Positions 1 through 9,247 are shown, numbered from the stretch's first letter. The stretch: DNA of 46,958 bases from an uncultured Candidatus Bathyarchaeia archaeon (GCA_964347855.1 CAYGAE010000002.1:1-46958), one strand, 5' to 3'. Made by a program: numbers and translations. The notes: a model not told the origin generated them from the letters alone.

Positions 1-53
1 TCAACACTTGCGAAAAGTGGAACACACCTGTCATTTGTTGAGATGAACAACAG

Positions 54-944
54 ATGAGTTTCAGCAAAATCTTTGTTCTGGGTGCAGGTGCAATAGGAAG
101 CTCTTACGGAGCCTTTCTCTCAAGAAAAAACGACGTGACTCTTATCGGGAGAAAAGCCCATGTAGACGCAATTAGCAACAAAGGCTTAACACTTTCGGAA
201 GGAGTTCAAGAAAGATTCTTCCTAAAGGCGGAAACAAAAATCAAAGAAATCTCCAAAAACACGCTTATACTCCTAGCGACCAAAGCACACGAATCAGCAA
301 CGACGATTAGGGAAATAGAAGACCTGCTCCAAGACGACACAGTAATTCTGATTCTCCAGAACGGCCTGGGAAACAAGGAACTAGTGAAAGGTATAGTCAG
401 AGATGAAGTCTCTGTTATCAGGGGGTTGGTTACAATAGCCGCTGAGTTCCTCGAAGCAGGGAGAATAATCTTTTGGAATGGGGAAACCATTCTAGAGCAT
501 ACGAAGACTGGCGAAGAAATCGCGGCGTTGCTTAATGAAAGTGGATTGAAAGCAAGAGTCTCAGATGAGATGGATAGAGAAATATGGAACAAGCTCGTCG
601 TGAACTGTGTGGCAAACCCTCTAACTGCTATTCTTCGGGTTAGAGACAATGAGATTGTAGTGGACAATCTAAGGCGAGTGAGGCATGGAATCGTCGAAGA
701 ATGTGTGGAGGTTGGAGAGTGTGAAGGAATAGCATTTCAACCCAACCTTCAGGAATCTATTGACAAAGAACTCTCGAGATTTACGAATTTCTCTTCTATG
801 TGCCAAGACATCATGAAGGGAAAGAGAACAGAGATCGATTATCTGAACGGAAAGATCGTAGAATTAGGGAGAAAACATAACACCCCAACCCCATTCAACG
901 AAGCAATGGTCTGCTTAATCAAGTTCCTGGAGAGAACCAAATGA
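54..944 (+). CDS. panE: 2-dehydropantoate 2-reductase (ketopantoate reductase)
   Basis: 296-aa ORF with N-terminal Rossmann motif VLGAGAIGS and ApbA/PanE-like length and layout. Its stop overlaps the panB start (ATGA), and it sits in a pantothenate/CoA gene cluster. Confidence 0.8.
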   Translation: MSFSKIFVLGAGAIGSSYGAFLSRKNDVTLIGRKAHVDAISNKGLTLSEGVQERFFLKAETKIKEISKNTLILLATKAHESATTIREIEDLLQDDTVILILQNGLGNKELVKGIVRDEVSVIRGLVTIAAEFLEAGRIIFWNGETILEHTKTGEEIAALLNESGLKARVSDEMDREIWNKLVVNCVANPLTAILRVRDNEIVVDNLRRVRHGIVEECVEVGECEGIAFQPNLQESIDKELSRFTNFSSMCQDIMKGKRTEIDYLNGKIVELGRKHNTPTPFNEAMVCLIKFLERTK

Positions 945-1696
945 AATTTGATTTTTCAAGGAAGAAGAAAATCGTTATGCTTACAGCCTACGATTATCAG
1001 ATGGCCAGGATATTGGATGAAACGGGAATAGACTTGATTCTGGTTGGAGATAGTTTGGGAATGACGGTGTTAGGGTATAGTAATACAAAGACCGTCACAA
1101 TGGAAGATATGATCCACCATGTCCGAGCCGTAGCAAGAGGAGCAAAGAAAACACCCATAATCGGAGATATGCCAATCAATAGCTGCAACAAGGTGGAGGA
1201 TGCAGTAGAGAACGCCAAGAGGTTTCTAGAGGCCGGAGCTCACGGAGTGAAGATCGAGGGGAACAGACCGGAAATTGCTGAGGCTTTGCTGAATGAGGGA
1301 ATTCCCGTGATGGGCCACGTGGGCCTGTTGCCTCAAACAGCTGAAAGATACCGCCTCCGGGGGAAAGAAAAGGTTGAGGCTGAGCAAATCTTCAGGGATG
1401 CTGTTGAATTGGACAAGATCGGGGTATTCGCAATTGTTTTGGAGTGTATTCCAGAAAGTCTCGCGAAGAGAATCACTGCAACTGTGGAAGCTTCAACAAT
1501 CGGTATTGGAGCGGGAAAATACTGTGATGGTCAGGTGCTGGTGATAAATGATATGCTTGGCTTCGATGAGAGCTTCAGTCCAAAATATCTGAAGAGGTAT
1601 GCCAGTCTAGGTCGAGAAATAAAGAGCGCGGTTACCAAGTTCAGAGATGAAGTTTTGAATGAGGCTTATCCAGATGAGGAGCACACGTATCACTGA
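941..1696 (+). CDS. panB: 3-methyl-2-oxobutanoate hydroxymethyltransferase
   Basis: 251 aa with PanB-typical motifs LTAYDY...LVGDSLGMTVLGY and VKIEG. Translationally coupled to panE. Confidence 0.9.
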   Translation: MKFDFSRKKKIVMLTAYDYQMARILDETGIDLILVGDSLGMTVLGYSNTKTVTMEDMIHHVRAVARGAKKTPIIGDMPINSCNKVEDAVENAKRFLEAGAHGVKIEGNRPEIAEALLNEGIPVMGHVGLLPQTAERYRLRGKEKVEAEQIFRDAVELDKIGVFAIVLECIPESLAKRITATVEASTIGIGAGKYCDGQVLVINDMLGFDESFSPKYLKRYASLGREIKSAVTKFRDEVLNEAYPDEEHTYH

Positions 1697-1701
1697 AATG
1701 G

Positions 1702-1980
1702 GTGATGAAAAGAATGTACGAGAAAGGTTTGCCAGAAAAAGCGGTTCAAAAGTCACTTGAGTCAAAACTCAAAGGGGATTTCACCTACGATTCCAGAAGG
1801 ATTTTGGGGGCGCGCAAAACCGATGTCAAGTCGATAGCTGAAGAGTTGAGAAGAAGCCGCTGGGCTATCTCCCTTTTTCCAGGGTACATTAGAGTTGTGA
1901 TCATGCCAGACGTCAGATCTTCGCCTATCGAACATTTTCCTAAAGATTTGAAGACAACTCCAGAGAAGCTAGGGGGATAA
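1702..1980 (+). pseudogene. internally deleted remnant of MfnA-type PLP-dependent (aspartate/tyrosine) decarboxylase, still in frame
   Basis: 92-aa ORF. The first ~33 aa (MYEKGLPEKAVQKSLESKLKGDFTYDSRRILG) resemble the MfnA N-terminus. The last ~50 aa (SIAEELRRSRWAIS...YIRVVIMPDVRSSPIEHF) resemble the MfnA C-terminus. About 300 central codons, including the PLP-lysine region, are absent. The junction carries GCGCGC (1810-1815). Confidence 0.55.
1810..1815. repeat. GCGCGC at the deletion junction of the decarboxylase remnant
   Basis: Read directly: ttggggGCGCGCaaaac. It lies between the N- and C-terminal homology blocks. Confidence 0.9.
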
Positions 1981-1995
1981 TCGGAGGACTATTGG

Positions 1996-3255
1996 TTGAG
2001 TAAACATCCTTCCAAAGACATCATTGGAACAGAAGGAGACGAACTGAGAGGGAAAAGAGTTGTCTTATGTATAACCGGAAGCGTAGCGGCCGTTCGTTGC
2101 TCTGAAATTGCCAGAGCATTGATGAGGCATGGTGCAGAGGTTTTTGCTGTCATGTCAGAGATGGCTCAAAAGATTATTCATCCGTATTTAATGGAGTGGG
2201 CGACAGGGAACCCTGTTCTAACAGAATTGACCGGCAAGGTTGAGCACGTAGCACTGGTAGGGATGCATCTGAAAAAAGCTGATTTAGTCCTTGCTGCTCC
2301 AGCTACTGCCAACACCATCAGCAAGATTGCGTGCGGGATTGATGATACGCCAGTAACCTCTGTTGTATCAACTGCTTTTGGATCGGAGATTCCGATAGTG
2401 ATTGTTCCAGCCATGCACGAATCTATGTACAGGCATCCGATTGTGGTTGAGAACATAGAGAAGCTCAGAGCGTTGGGTATCGAATTTGTTGGACCCAAGA
2501 TTGAGGAAGGGAAGGCTAAGATAGCCGAGGTCACAAAAATTCTGGAGGCTGTTATCAACAGACTGAGGATTAAGAGAGATTTCGCTGAAATGATGGTCTT
2601 GATCACTGCCGGTCCCACTTTGGAGCACATTGATCCAGTGAGGGTGATTACGAATAGAAGTTCTGGGAAGATGGGTATTGCCCTTGCAAAGGAGGCTTTA
2701 AATCGGGGGGCTGATGTGACTTTAATCTATGGTCCGGGAACCGCCGTTCCTCCCACTGAGGCAAAGGTTGTTTTAGTTGAAACTACTGAAGAAATGTATG
2801 ACACTGTAGTTTCTGAGTTGAAGTCGAAGAGATACGACATTGTTGTTGCAGCTGCGGCTGCCGCCGATTGGAGACCCGTGAAAACCCTTGATTACAAGGT
2901 TTCTACGAGTGATGTATCTGAGTTTTCAGTGAAGCTGAGGTCAACACAAAAGATCATTAGCGCTGTTAAGACGATCAATGCTGATGTTTTCTTGGTGCCT
3001 TTTAAGGCGGAGTTTAGCTTGTCTAATGAAGAGTTGGTTGAGCGTGGTTATAGGCGACTTGTGGACGCGGAAGCCGACTTGATTGTGGTGAATGATATTG
3101 GAAGAAATGGAGCTGGATTCGGGGTCGAAACAAACGAGGTCTTCATCGTCGATAGAGAAAAGAATGTTGTACATATCCCACTTATGCTGAAAAGCGACAT
3201 TGCGAGACAAGTTTTTGACTTGATTTCAGAAAGAATCAAGTTAAAACAGGTGTAA
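1996..3255 (+). CDS. coaBC: bifunctional phosphopantothenoylcysteine decarboxylase / phosphopantothenate-cysteine ligase
   Basis: 419 aa. N-terminal flavoprotein domain (VVLCITGSVAA, PAMH) plus C-terminal DFP/CoaB domain (ITAGPT.E.IDPVR.ITN.SSGKMG). TTG start. Confidence 0.9.
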   Translation: MSKHPSKDIIGTEGDELRGKRVVLCITGSVAAVRCSEIARALMRHGAEVFAVMSEMAQKIIHPYLMEWATGNPVLTELTGKVEHVALVGMHLKKADLVLAAPATANTISKIACGIDDTPVTSVVSTAFGSEIPIVIVPAMHESMYRHPIVVENIEKLRALGIEFVGPKIEEGKAKIAEVTKILEAVINRLRIKRDFAEMMVLITAGPTLEHIDPVRVITNRSSGKMGIALAKEALNRGADVTLIYGPGTAVPPTEAKVVLVETTEEMYDTVVSELKSKRYDIVVAAAAAADWRPVKTLDYKVSTSDVSEFSVKLRSTQKIISAVKTINADVFLVPFKAEFSLSNEELVERGYRRLVDAEADLIVVNDIGRNGAGFGVETNEVFIVDREKNVVHIPLMLKSDIARQVFDLISERIKLKQV

Positions 3256-3261
3256 TAATCC

Positions 3262-3729
3262 ATGAAGCAGTTTGAGACAGTAGCTGTTGGTGGAACCTTT
3301 GACGAGTTCCATAGAGGTCACCGAGCCTTGCTGAAGAAGGCTTTTGAAGTTGGAAATCATGTTCTTATCGGTCTATGTTCAGACGATTTCGTGAAAAAGT
3401 TGAAGAAACCGCATCGAATCGCGGCCTATGAAAAGCGTTTGGAAGAATTGAAGAATTTTTTGGGAAAACGTGGGGTCTTGGAGAGAGCGGAGATCGTTCC
3501 ATTGAATGACCCTTATGGTGTCACGGTTTCGAAAAACCGCCTCGATGCCATTGTTGTGAGTGAGGAAACAGAGCCAAGAGCTCGTGAAATTAATGACAAA
3601 CGAAAGAGGAACGGATTCCCAATCTTAAAGATTGTTGTCATAGACATGGTCCTCGCAGAAGACTATTTTCCCATCTCATCCACCAGAATTTGGCTAGAAG
3701 AAATTGATCGCGAAGGACACTTGCTCTAG
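3262..3729 (+). CDS. coaD: phosphopantetheine adenylyltransferase, archaeal/eukaryotic type (cytidylyltransferase fold)
   Basis: 155 aa with GGTFDEFHRGH nucleotidyltransferase motif. Immediately downstream of coaBC. Confidence 0.8.
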   Translation: MKQFETVAVGGTFDEFHRGHRALLKKAFEVGNHVLIGLCSDDFVKKLKKPHRIAAYEKRLEELKNFLGKRGVLERAEIVPLNDPYGVTVSKNRLDAIVVSEETEPRAREINDKRKRNGFPILKIVVIDMVLAEDYFPISSTRIWLEEIDREGHLL

Positions 3730-3818
3730 AGTCATTCCTCAGAAGGGCATGCTTAGAGGATTATTCTATCTACATTCCCTACTAGAACACGAGTGATGTC
3801 TTGAAGAGAACTGGTGTT

Positions 3819-3827
3819 GCGCGCGCG
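3819..3827. repeat. alternating (GC) tract, 9 nt
   Basis: ttGCGCGCGCGtgtgcg, a 15-nt Pu/Py alternation. It sits in a convergent gap, 11 nt past the stop of gene 3838-4248. Confidence 0.95.
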
Positions 3828-3837
3828 TGTGCGTTGT

Positions 3838-4248
3838 CTAGCGAGCTTCAGCCCATGCCCTATGTCTACTTATCTTACATATATCAGGGTGTGTGTGGGG
3901 GGTTTTGTATATGTGAAATTCGAATTGCAGTGATTTGCTTTCGTTGCTTGTTAAATAGATTCTCTGGGTTTCCATTCCATACATCCCTGGACTGGAGATT
4001 TCGCAATGAACGGTAACCTGACCCTCAGCACCATTATTCTCTACTGTGACATTAACTACATATGTACATGATTCAACTCCTTGGAAGGCCATATACCCAG
4101 TTACGAGCGTTATTTTGGGGTTAGGGGGGTGTACTGTGTTCATAACCAATGTCAAGCACCAAGCTACCAAAAAAGTGTAGAGTAACATTAAGAGAATTCT
4201 GCGCTTGCGCGCCTGTAGCCACGACCTCATCTCACTCATAGGTCTCAT
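3838..4248 (-). CDS. hypothetical membrane-anchored protein
   Basis: 136 aa: basic N-terminus, one hydrophobic helix (ILLMLLYTFLVAWCLTLV), then a beta-rich, N-x-S/T-rich domain. No family recognised. Confidence 0.5.
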   Translation of the reverse strand: MRPMSEMRSWLQARKRRILLMLLYTFLVAWCLTLVMNTVHPPNPKITLVTGYMAFQGVESCTYVVNVTVENNGAEGQVTVHCEISSPGMYGMETQRIYLTSNESKSLQFEFHIYKTPHTHPDICKISRHRAWAEAR

Positions 4249-4345
4249 CCAGAAGTGTCAGAGTTCATCGAATTGTCACGCGTTACAAGTCGCATTTGGA
4301 ATTTCACGCATATTTCAGGACCAGTTTTCTCTAGATCGATGTCTC

Positions 4346-5155
4346 TCAAGGTTGAGTGTTGGTTGTGGTGGATGTTATCGCTCGCTTTTCTTTGGTTGGT
4401 ACAAGAACGGATAAGAATAGCCAACCAACGAGGATTAACCCTAAGAAAGCGACAATCACAGTTCCAGTCCTGCCCGTAGATCGCATAAGCAAGTCTACTA
4501 CTGCAGTGTAGAAGTTACCCTCGATTGGGCGTATGAACAGCGCATAATAGTTAAAGAATGGACGTAAGACCCACGCCAGTTGGGTTCCAACAAACATAAG
4601 GATCACGCTTCCCAGTATAAACGCTGGCTTCCAGTTCTCTGAAGACCCACGGTACAAAGTTTCGGCACCTTTGACAAAATAGGTCAACGCAAAAAATCCG
4701 CCCAAAGCGAAAATCGCTATGTTGAGAAGAGCCATAAAGTCATGAGTTCCATGAGACCTGGGGGACGTAAGTATAAAAAACAGGTTTACTGGCACCAACG
4801 CTATGAGAACTGTTGACATCACGGTGAACCCAAGCAACAAAAGCATAACAGTTTGACCCAGAGTTCGTTTGCCGCCAAGAAGTGAATATAGCACATAATA
4901 GCTTGGAATGGAAACGTAAAGAGAAACTAGAAGGAGCATTGGAACTTTCATCGCACTGTAGAGAATCTGTAATCCGCTCCCATAGATTCCCATAGTCGCT
5001 CCATAGATCGCAGACAGTACCAGAATAGATAAGTTGGAGCTGACAAAATAGGATGGAATTTTTGTTTCATCAATCAAGTTCTTGAGAAATTGATCTCTCC
5101 GCTTGATAAATTCTTCCACAACAGAGAATACTTTCAATACGAACGCCGAAAACAT
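4346..5155 (-). CDS. polytopic integral membrane protein, family unassigned
   Basis: 269 aa with 5-6 hydrophobic segments. A TATA-like TTTAAATTTTT (5174-5184) lies ~20-25 nt upstream of the ATG, suggesting a leaderless transcript. Confidence 0.6.
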   Translation of the reverse strand: MFSAFVLKVFSVVEEFIKRRDQFLKNLIDETKIPSYFVSSNLSILVLSAIYGATMGIYGSGLQILYSAMKVPMLLLVSLYVSIPSYYVLYSLLGGKRTLGQTVMLLLLGFTVMSTVLIALVPVNLFFILTSPRSHGTHDFMALLNIAIFALGGFFALTYFVKGAETLYRGSSENWKPAFILGSVILMFVGTQLAWVLRPFFNYYALFIRPIEGNFYTAVVDLLMRSTGRTGTVIVAFLGLILVGWLFLSVLVPTKEKRAITSTTTNTQP

Positions 5156-5173
5156 AGTTGTGGGAAACTTCGC

Positions 5174-5184
5174 TTTAAATTTTT
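5174..5184 (-). promoter_or_regulatory. putative TATA box of membrane gene 4346-5155 (leaderless spacing)
   Basis: Minus strand reads AAAAATTTAAA ~20-29 nt upstream of ATG 5155, directly abutting the (GC)4 tract. Confidence 0.35.
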
Positions 5185-5185
5185 G

Positions 5186-5193
5186 GCGCGCGC
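5186..5193. repeat. alternating (GC)4 tract
   Basis: ttgGCGCGCGCaatag. Immediately upstream of the TATA-like box of the minus-strand membrane gene, and at the 5-prime edge of the HhH remnant. Confidence 0.95.
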
Positions 5194-5513
5194 AATAGAA
5201 AGCTGTGAAGCGGGCTACGAGTTTCAGCCGAGGAATTATGAGGAGTTGCTGGCTATCAGAGGAATTGGACCAGTAGCCGTTTGTGGGATCGCTTTGATAT
5301 CAGAACTTGTTTACGGCGAAACACTAAGTTGGAAGGATCCTGTGAAGTTTTCCCTTTGCGTATTGTGGTAAGGACGGCGTGTCGTTTCCATTGGATAGAG
5401 GGGCAGTGGATGAGTCCTTTGAGGTTTTAGAGACTGCCATCAAGAGGGCGCGGATAGGTGATCAAGAGCGGTTGAGGTCTTTGCAGAGGCTACGCCGATG
5501 TGTTCCTGTTTGA
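5194..5513 (+). pseudogene. 5-prime-truncated, frameshifted remnant of an HhH-containing (DUF763-like) gene
   Basis: One frame reads NYEELLAIRGIGPVAVCGIALISELVYGETLSWKDPVKF and stops at 5369-5371. The +1 frame continues FAYCGKDGVSFPLDRGAVDESFEVLETAIKRARIG... to TGA at 5511-5513. No N-terminal ~280 aa is present, and homology begins directly after the (GC)4 tract at 5186-5193. Confidence 0.45.
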
Positions 5514-5515
5514 AA

Positions 5516-6892
5516 TTATGGGCTTTTTAGCACTTTTTCTTCAGGTGGAGAGGGCGGGATAAGTCCTTTTTTCATTAGGATTTTCGTTGATTCTCTTGCA
5601 TTCTTTATAATTGAGACAGCTCTGTCCCAAAGCTCCTTCCTACTCGGCTTAACTCTGGCAACACCGTCCTTGATCGACTGTAGAGCGCAGGCAACTGCTT
5701 CTCGGGGGTAAACTTCCCATTCTTCCATTCTGGGTACTATGTCGCCTTCATGGATTCCTCTTTCGTCTGCGAATTTGGCTAGTTCCTTCCCTGCTGAGAT
5801 GCACATGTCATCGGTAACGGTTTTCGCCTTCACATCGAGAACGCCTCTAAAGATTCCTGGAAAGCCTAGAGAATTGTTGATCTGATTTTCGAAGTCCGAT
5901 CGCCCTGTCGCCACGATTTTAGCGCCGGCTTCCTTTGCTTCCCATGGCCAGATCTCCGGGATTGGGTTTGCACATGCGAAGACTATGGAGTTTGTCGCCA
6001 TCTTAGTTATCCATTCCTTGTTTATGGTGCCTGGACCCGGTTTTGACGCGGCTACGAGGGCATCTGAGTCCTTCAGCGCGGCTGCCATGTCTCCTGTTCT
6101 TCCTTCGGCGTTTGTTTTCAGGCAGAAGTCCCACTTCCATGGATTTTCCTCCTTCTCTGCTTCTACGTCTTTTCTGTTTGGGTGGAGAATTCCTCTGCTA
6201 TCGACCATTATGATGTTTCCAGGTTTTATGCCAGCTCTCATGAGGACTATCGCTGTGCGGGTGTTGGCGGAGCCTGCGCCGATCATGGTTATCAAGGCTT
6301 CATCCATCTTTCTGCCCGTGATTTTTAGGGCGTTTATTATCCCCGCCAATATAACTGTGGCTGTTCCTTGTTGATCGTCATGCCACACCGGAATGTTGAG
6401 CCGTTTTCTAGTTTCTTCAAGTATGTGGAAGCATTTTGGTTTGGATAGGTCTTCTAAGTTTATGCCGCCAAAGGTAGGTTCCAACCATTCGCAGGCGGTT
6501 ATGATCTCTTCTGGGTCCTTTGTGCCCAGGCAGATTGGGAAGGCGTCTACGCCGCCTAGGTATTTGAAGAGTAATGCCTTTCCTTCCATGACTGGTAGTC
6601 CTGCCTCCGGTCCTATGTCTCCTAATCCGAGGACTCTTGTCCCGTCGCTGACGACCGCTACGTAGTTCCACCGGTTTGTATAGCGGAAGACCTCCTCTGT
6701 TTTTTCTTTGATGACTCGACATGGAGCAGCGACGCCTGGTGTATACCAGATTCCGAAGTCTTTTGGGCTTTTTATGGAGCATTTGGGCATAACTTGGATT
6801 TTTCCCTCGTAAAAGGTGTGATAGGCTAGAGCGAGTTTGGCGGGTTTCTTGGCTTTTTCCAGTAGTTCGTCGACTGTGAGTTTCTTGGTCAT
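5516..6892 (-). CDS. NAD(P)-dependent malic enzyme (oxaloacetate-decarboxylating malate dehydrogenase)
   Basis: 458 aa with malic-enzyme motifs YTPGVA, VVSDGTRVLGLGDIG, PVMEGKALLFK, GINLEDL and GAGSA. Confidence 0.9.
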   Translation of the reverse strand: MTKKLTVDELLEKAKKPAKLALAYHTFYEGKIQVMPKCSIKSPKDFGIWYTPGVAAPCRVIKEKTEEVFRYTNRWNYVAVVSDGTRVLGLGDIGPEAGLPVMEGKALLFKYLGGVDAFPICLGTKDPEEIITACEWLEPTFGGINLEDLSKPKCFHILEETRKRLNIPVWHDDQQGTATVILAGIINALKITGRKMDEALITMIGAGSANTRTAIVLMRAGIKPGNIIMVDSRGILHPNRKDVEAEKEENPWKWDFCLKTNAEGRTGDMAAALKDSDALVAASKPGPGTINKEWITKMATNSIVFACANPIPEIWPWEAKEAGAKIVATGRSDFENQINNSLGFPGIFRGVLDVKAKTVTDDMCISAGKELAKFADERGIHEGDIVPRMEEWEVYPREAVACALQSIKDGVARVKPSRKELWDRAVSIIKNARESTKILMKKGLIPPSPPEEKVLKSP

Positions 6893-6986
6893 TATTGTCG
6901 TACCTCAATTGAGACGTGTGGTTGTGGGCCCGTTGGATTTAAGAGTTGCGTCTCTTGCGTCGACCTGGGTCAAGGCTTTCTGCTCA

Positions 6987-7538
6987 ATGAGGTGGAAAGG
7001 TTTTTATGATGTTGAAGGCTTGTGCATATTTCCGGGTCGGTGTGGTAGTTTGGTTGCTACTCAGGGTGATAGGGCTTTGGGTTTCTTTGCTTCAGGTTTC
7101 AATTGTGCTGAATCTGTGTTTTTAGTCTTGAGTGACAGGCTAAGCAAGCGAGGGAAGAGTTGTACGTGTGCCGTTCCATGTGTTGCGACTGGTTTTGGTG
7201 GCGGAATTGGAAGAAGCGGCTCGACTTGTGGAGCTCTGAGCGGCGTCGTCTTAGCTATCGGATTAGCCATCAACCATGATAAGGTTGTGGACGTGGAAAA
7301 GAAATACAAGGTTTATGACCTAGTCTCAAAGGTAGTTACTGATTTTGAGAGAAAATTCGGAAGTAGCCTTTGTGCGACTTTGACGGGATTCAATCTGAGG
7401 GAGAAGGAAGAGCGGCTGAGATACCGTTCTCAAAGAGTACAGGATAAGATGTGTTCGAAATTTGTCACGTGGTGCACCGACTACGGAGCACACCTTATAG
7501 ATAGCCTTAGAGAAGGTAAGAAAGTTTCGCGATCTTGA
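6987..7538 (+). CDS. C_GCAxxG_C_C family protein (putative redox-active)
   Basis: Contains GFNCAESV and STCGALSG motifs typical of the family. The track ORF starts at 6837 but overlaps the malic enzyme start. The ATG at 6987 or the TTG at 7050 is more plausible, so the start is uncertain. Confidence 0.65.
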   Translation: MRWKGFYDVEGLCIFPGRCGSLVATQGDRALGFFASGFNCAESVFLVLSDRLSKRGKSCTCAVPCVATGFGGGIGRSGSTCGALSGVVLAIGLAINHDKVVDVEKKYKVYDLVSKVVTDFERKFGSSLCATLTGFNLREKEERLRYRSQRVQDKMCSKFVTWCTDYGAHLIDSLREGKKVSRS

Positions 7539-7749
7539 CGTGCTTAACTTGTTTTGACGAGGACTCATTGTCATCCACGACCTAACGCGAGTATTAAGCC
7601 TCGCAATATAAGCTTCGTTTTAATCAAGAGGGCAAGCATCTTTCACATTCTTCTCCATTTCGCGACGTCCGTAGTAAAGGTTATATCGGGAAAACCTCTA
7701 CCTTCCAGAAGCAATCGTAGGCTAGGTTTCTTGGAAGTTTGGAGAATAG

Positions 7750-8316
7750 TTGAATTTCGGGACCGACATTAGAGAATACGTCTCGCGAAAGTTTCTCATT
7801 TCACTGCTGGTAGCTTTATTTTTGATTTCAGCTACTGTGATTCTCGGAGCCTGGCTAGGTACCTATGCTTCGGAAAGCGAAGCCCGGGAGCTTTGGGACG
7901 TTGTAGAGGAACAGGCCAGTGAAGCGACATGGCACAGCTTCTTTCTTCACAACCTGAGTTTATCCCTCTTGACTCTTATTCCCTTCATAGGCGTAGGATT
8001 CATGCTGTTTGTTATGTTTAACACTGGCTTCATTTTGGGAGCCGTCTCTGTTGTGATCTTTCCTGGAGATCGCCTAACTCGACTAGTTTTGGTCCTATTT
8101 GCAGTCTTTGTTTTCCCTGGAAGTGTTGTTGCCCTCTTTGAGTTCGGCGCCTACATCATTCTTCTGGGTGAGGTGCTCCATGTCACGTATCTCGCGCTCA
8201 CTAGGTCGGGAGCCAAACAGCGTTTGAGAAAGCATTTCTGGAAAACGATGCTGATTTATATTGGCATGTTATTGATTGGAGCGTTGGTAGAAACAGCATT
8301 GATAATGGACCAATAG
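7750..8316 (+). CDS. SpoIIM/DUF95-like integral membrane protein
   Basis: 188 aa with 4-5 TM segments. The pattern FLHNLSLSLLTLIPFIGVGF...FNTGFILGAV resembles the stage II sporulation protein M family. TTG start. Confidence 0.6.
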   Translation: MNFGTDIREYVSRKFLISLLVALFLISATVILGAWLGTYASESEARELWDVVEEQASEATWHSFFLHNLSLSLLTLIPFIGVGFMLFVMFNTGFILGAVSVVIFPGDRLTRLVLVLFAVFVFPGSVVALFEFGAYIILLGEVLHVTYLALTRSGAKQRLRKHFWKTMLIYIGMLLIGALVETALIMDQ

Positions 8317-8595
8317 TGCCGATTCTTTCGTAATTGATACAAGGATTCGCACGCGCAATGGCGGTCATTCACCGTCGATGACCTTGTCAGTGTCAAGGGG
8401 TACCTAGCAATCTTTCCAGATGTCAAAAGCAGGTGGCCATACTGAAGGCTCATGAGCTCTAGCGGAACAGTAGGATGACAGATTTTTAGAGGATTCTCAT
8501 GTAGTGGAACACAGCGATATTGATATAAGCGTGCAGCCTCAATCACATAATTCTCGGCGAAAAATCCTAGCAAAGCCAACCTCGGTGAAGACCGG

Positions 8596-9231
8596 ATGAA
8601 GGAAGCGATAATCCTGGCTGGTGGGGAAGGATGGAGACTTAAACCTGCCACTTGGGTTCCGAAACCTTTGGTGAAGATCAACAAAGAAACCCTAATAGAC
8701 CGGCAAATAATATGGCTACAAAATTACAGCTTCGAAAACATAGTCATAGCTTCAAACAGGGAAGACCTTACAAAATTACCCGTCAAGTATTCTCTAGAAA
8801 AGGATGCGCTTGGAACTGGTGGTGCAACTAAAGAGGCGTTCAAACAGATAAAGGGTAAAATAGCCTACGTGATGAACGTAGACGACATAGTCTTCTATGA
8901 CCCAAACATACTCTACGACTATGCAGCAAAAGGAGCAGGTGTACTGCTTGCCAAACCAACGTTACCCTTCGGAAGAGTAACCGTTCAAAATGGGATAGAA
9001 GTGACAAGATTCCAGCAGAGATCAACGCTTGATGCCTACGTAAACGCCGGTCACTATGTATTTAAGAAACCCGTGGTTGAAAGATACTTCCCTGAAAAGG
9101 GAGACTTGGAATTCACGACAATGCAGAGACTAGCAGATCAAAAGATGCTGAGAGGCTACACGTATCATGGAATGTGGATCACAATAAACACCATGAAGGA
9201 CCTCCTCCAAGCCAGAACGTTCTTCAAATAA
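8596..9231 (+). CDS. sugar-phosphate nucleotidyltransferase
   Basis: 211 aa with N-terminal AIILAGGEGWRLKP...PKPLV motif of the NTP_transferase family. Confidence 0.8.
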   Translation: MKEAIILAGGEGWRLKPATWVPKPLVKINKETLIDRQIIWLQNYSFENIVIASNREDLTKLPVKYSLEKDALGTGGATKEAFKQIKGKIAYVMNVDDIVFYDPNILYDYAAKGAGVLLAKPTLPFGRVTVQNGIEVTRFQQRSTLDAYVNAGHYVFKKPVVERYFPEKGDLEFTTMQRLADQKMLRGYTYHGMWITINTMKDLLQARTFFK

Positions 9232-9247
9232 TTCACGAGGGGTTGCC

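Noticed and set aside
6417-6908. 163-aa Arg-rich ORF on the minus strand, in another frame of the malic enzyme gene.
   Set aside because: It lies entirely inside a strongly supported CDS. Its composition (poly-Arg/Pro) is typical of an off-frame read-through. The same reasoning applies to other nested or antisense track ORFs such as 206-667, 2178-2630, 18019-18495, 23169-23714, 23368-23724, 30782-31276, 31539-32168, 34580-35065, 39190-39636 and 46155-46703.
8256-8684. 142-aa minus-strand ORF bridging the SpoIIM-like gene end and the nucleotidyltransferase start; the spacer also has a degenerate GCACGCGCA (8349-8357).
   Set aside because: It overlaps two well-supported genes at both ends. The central 280-nt spacer may hold a remnant or promoter, but I could not support a call. 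The GC motif there is interrupted, so it is not counted among the tracts.
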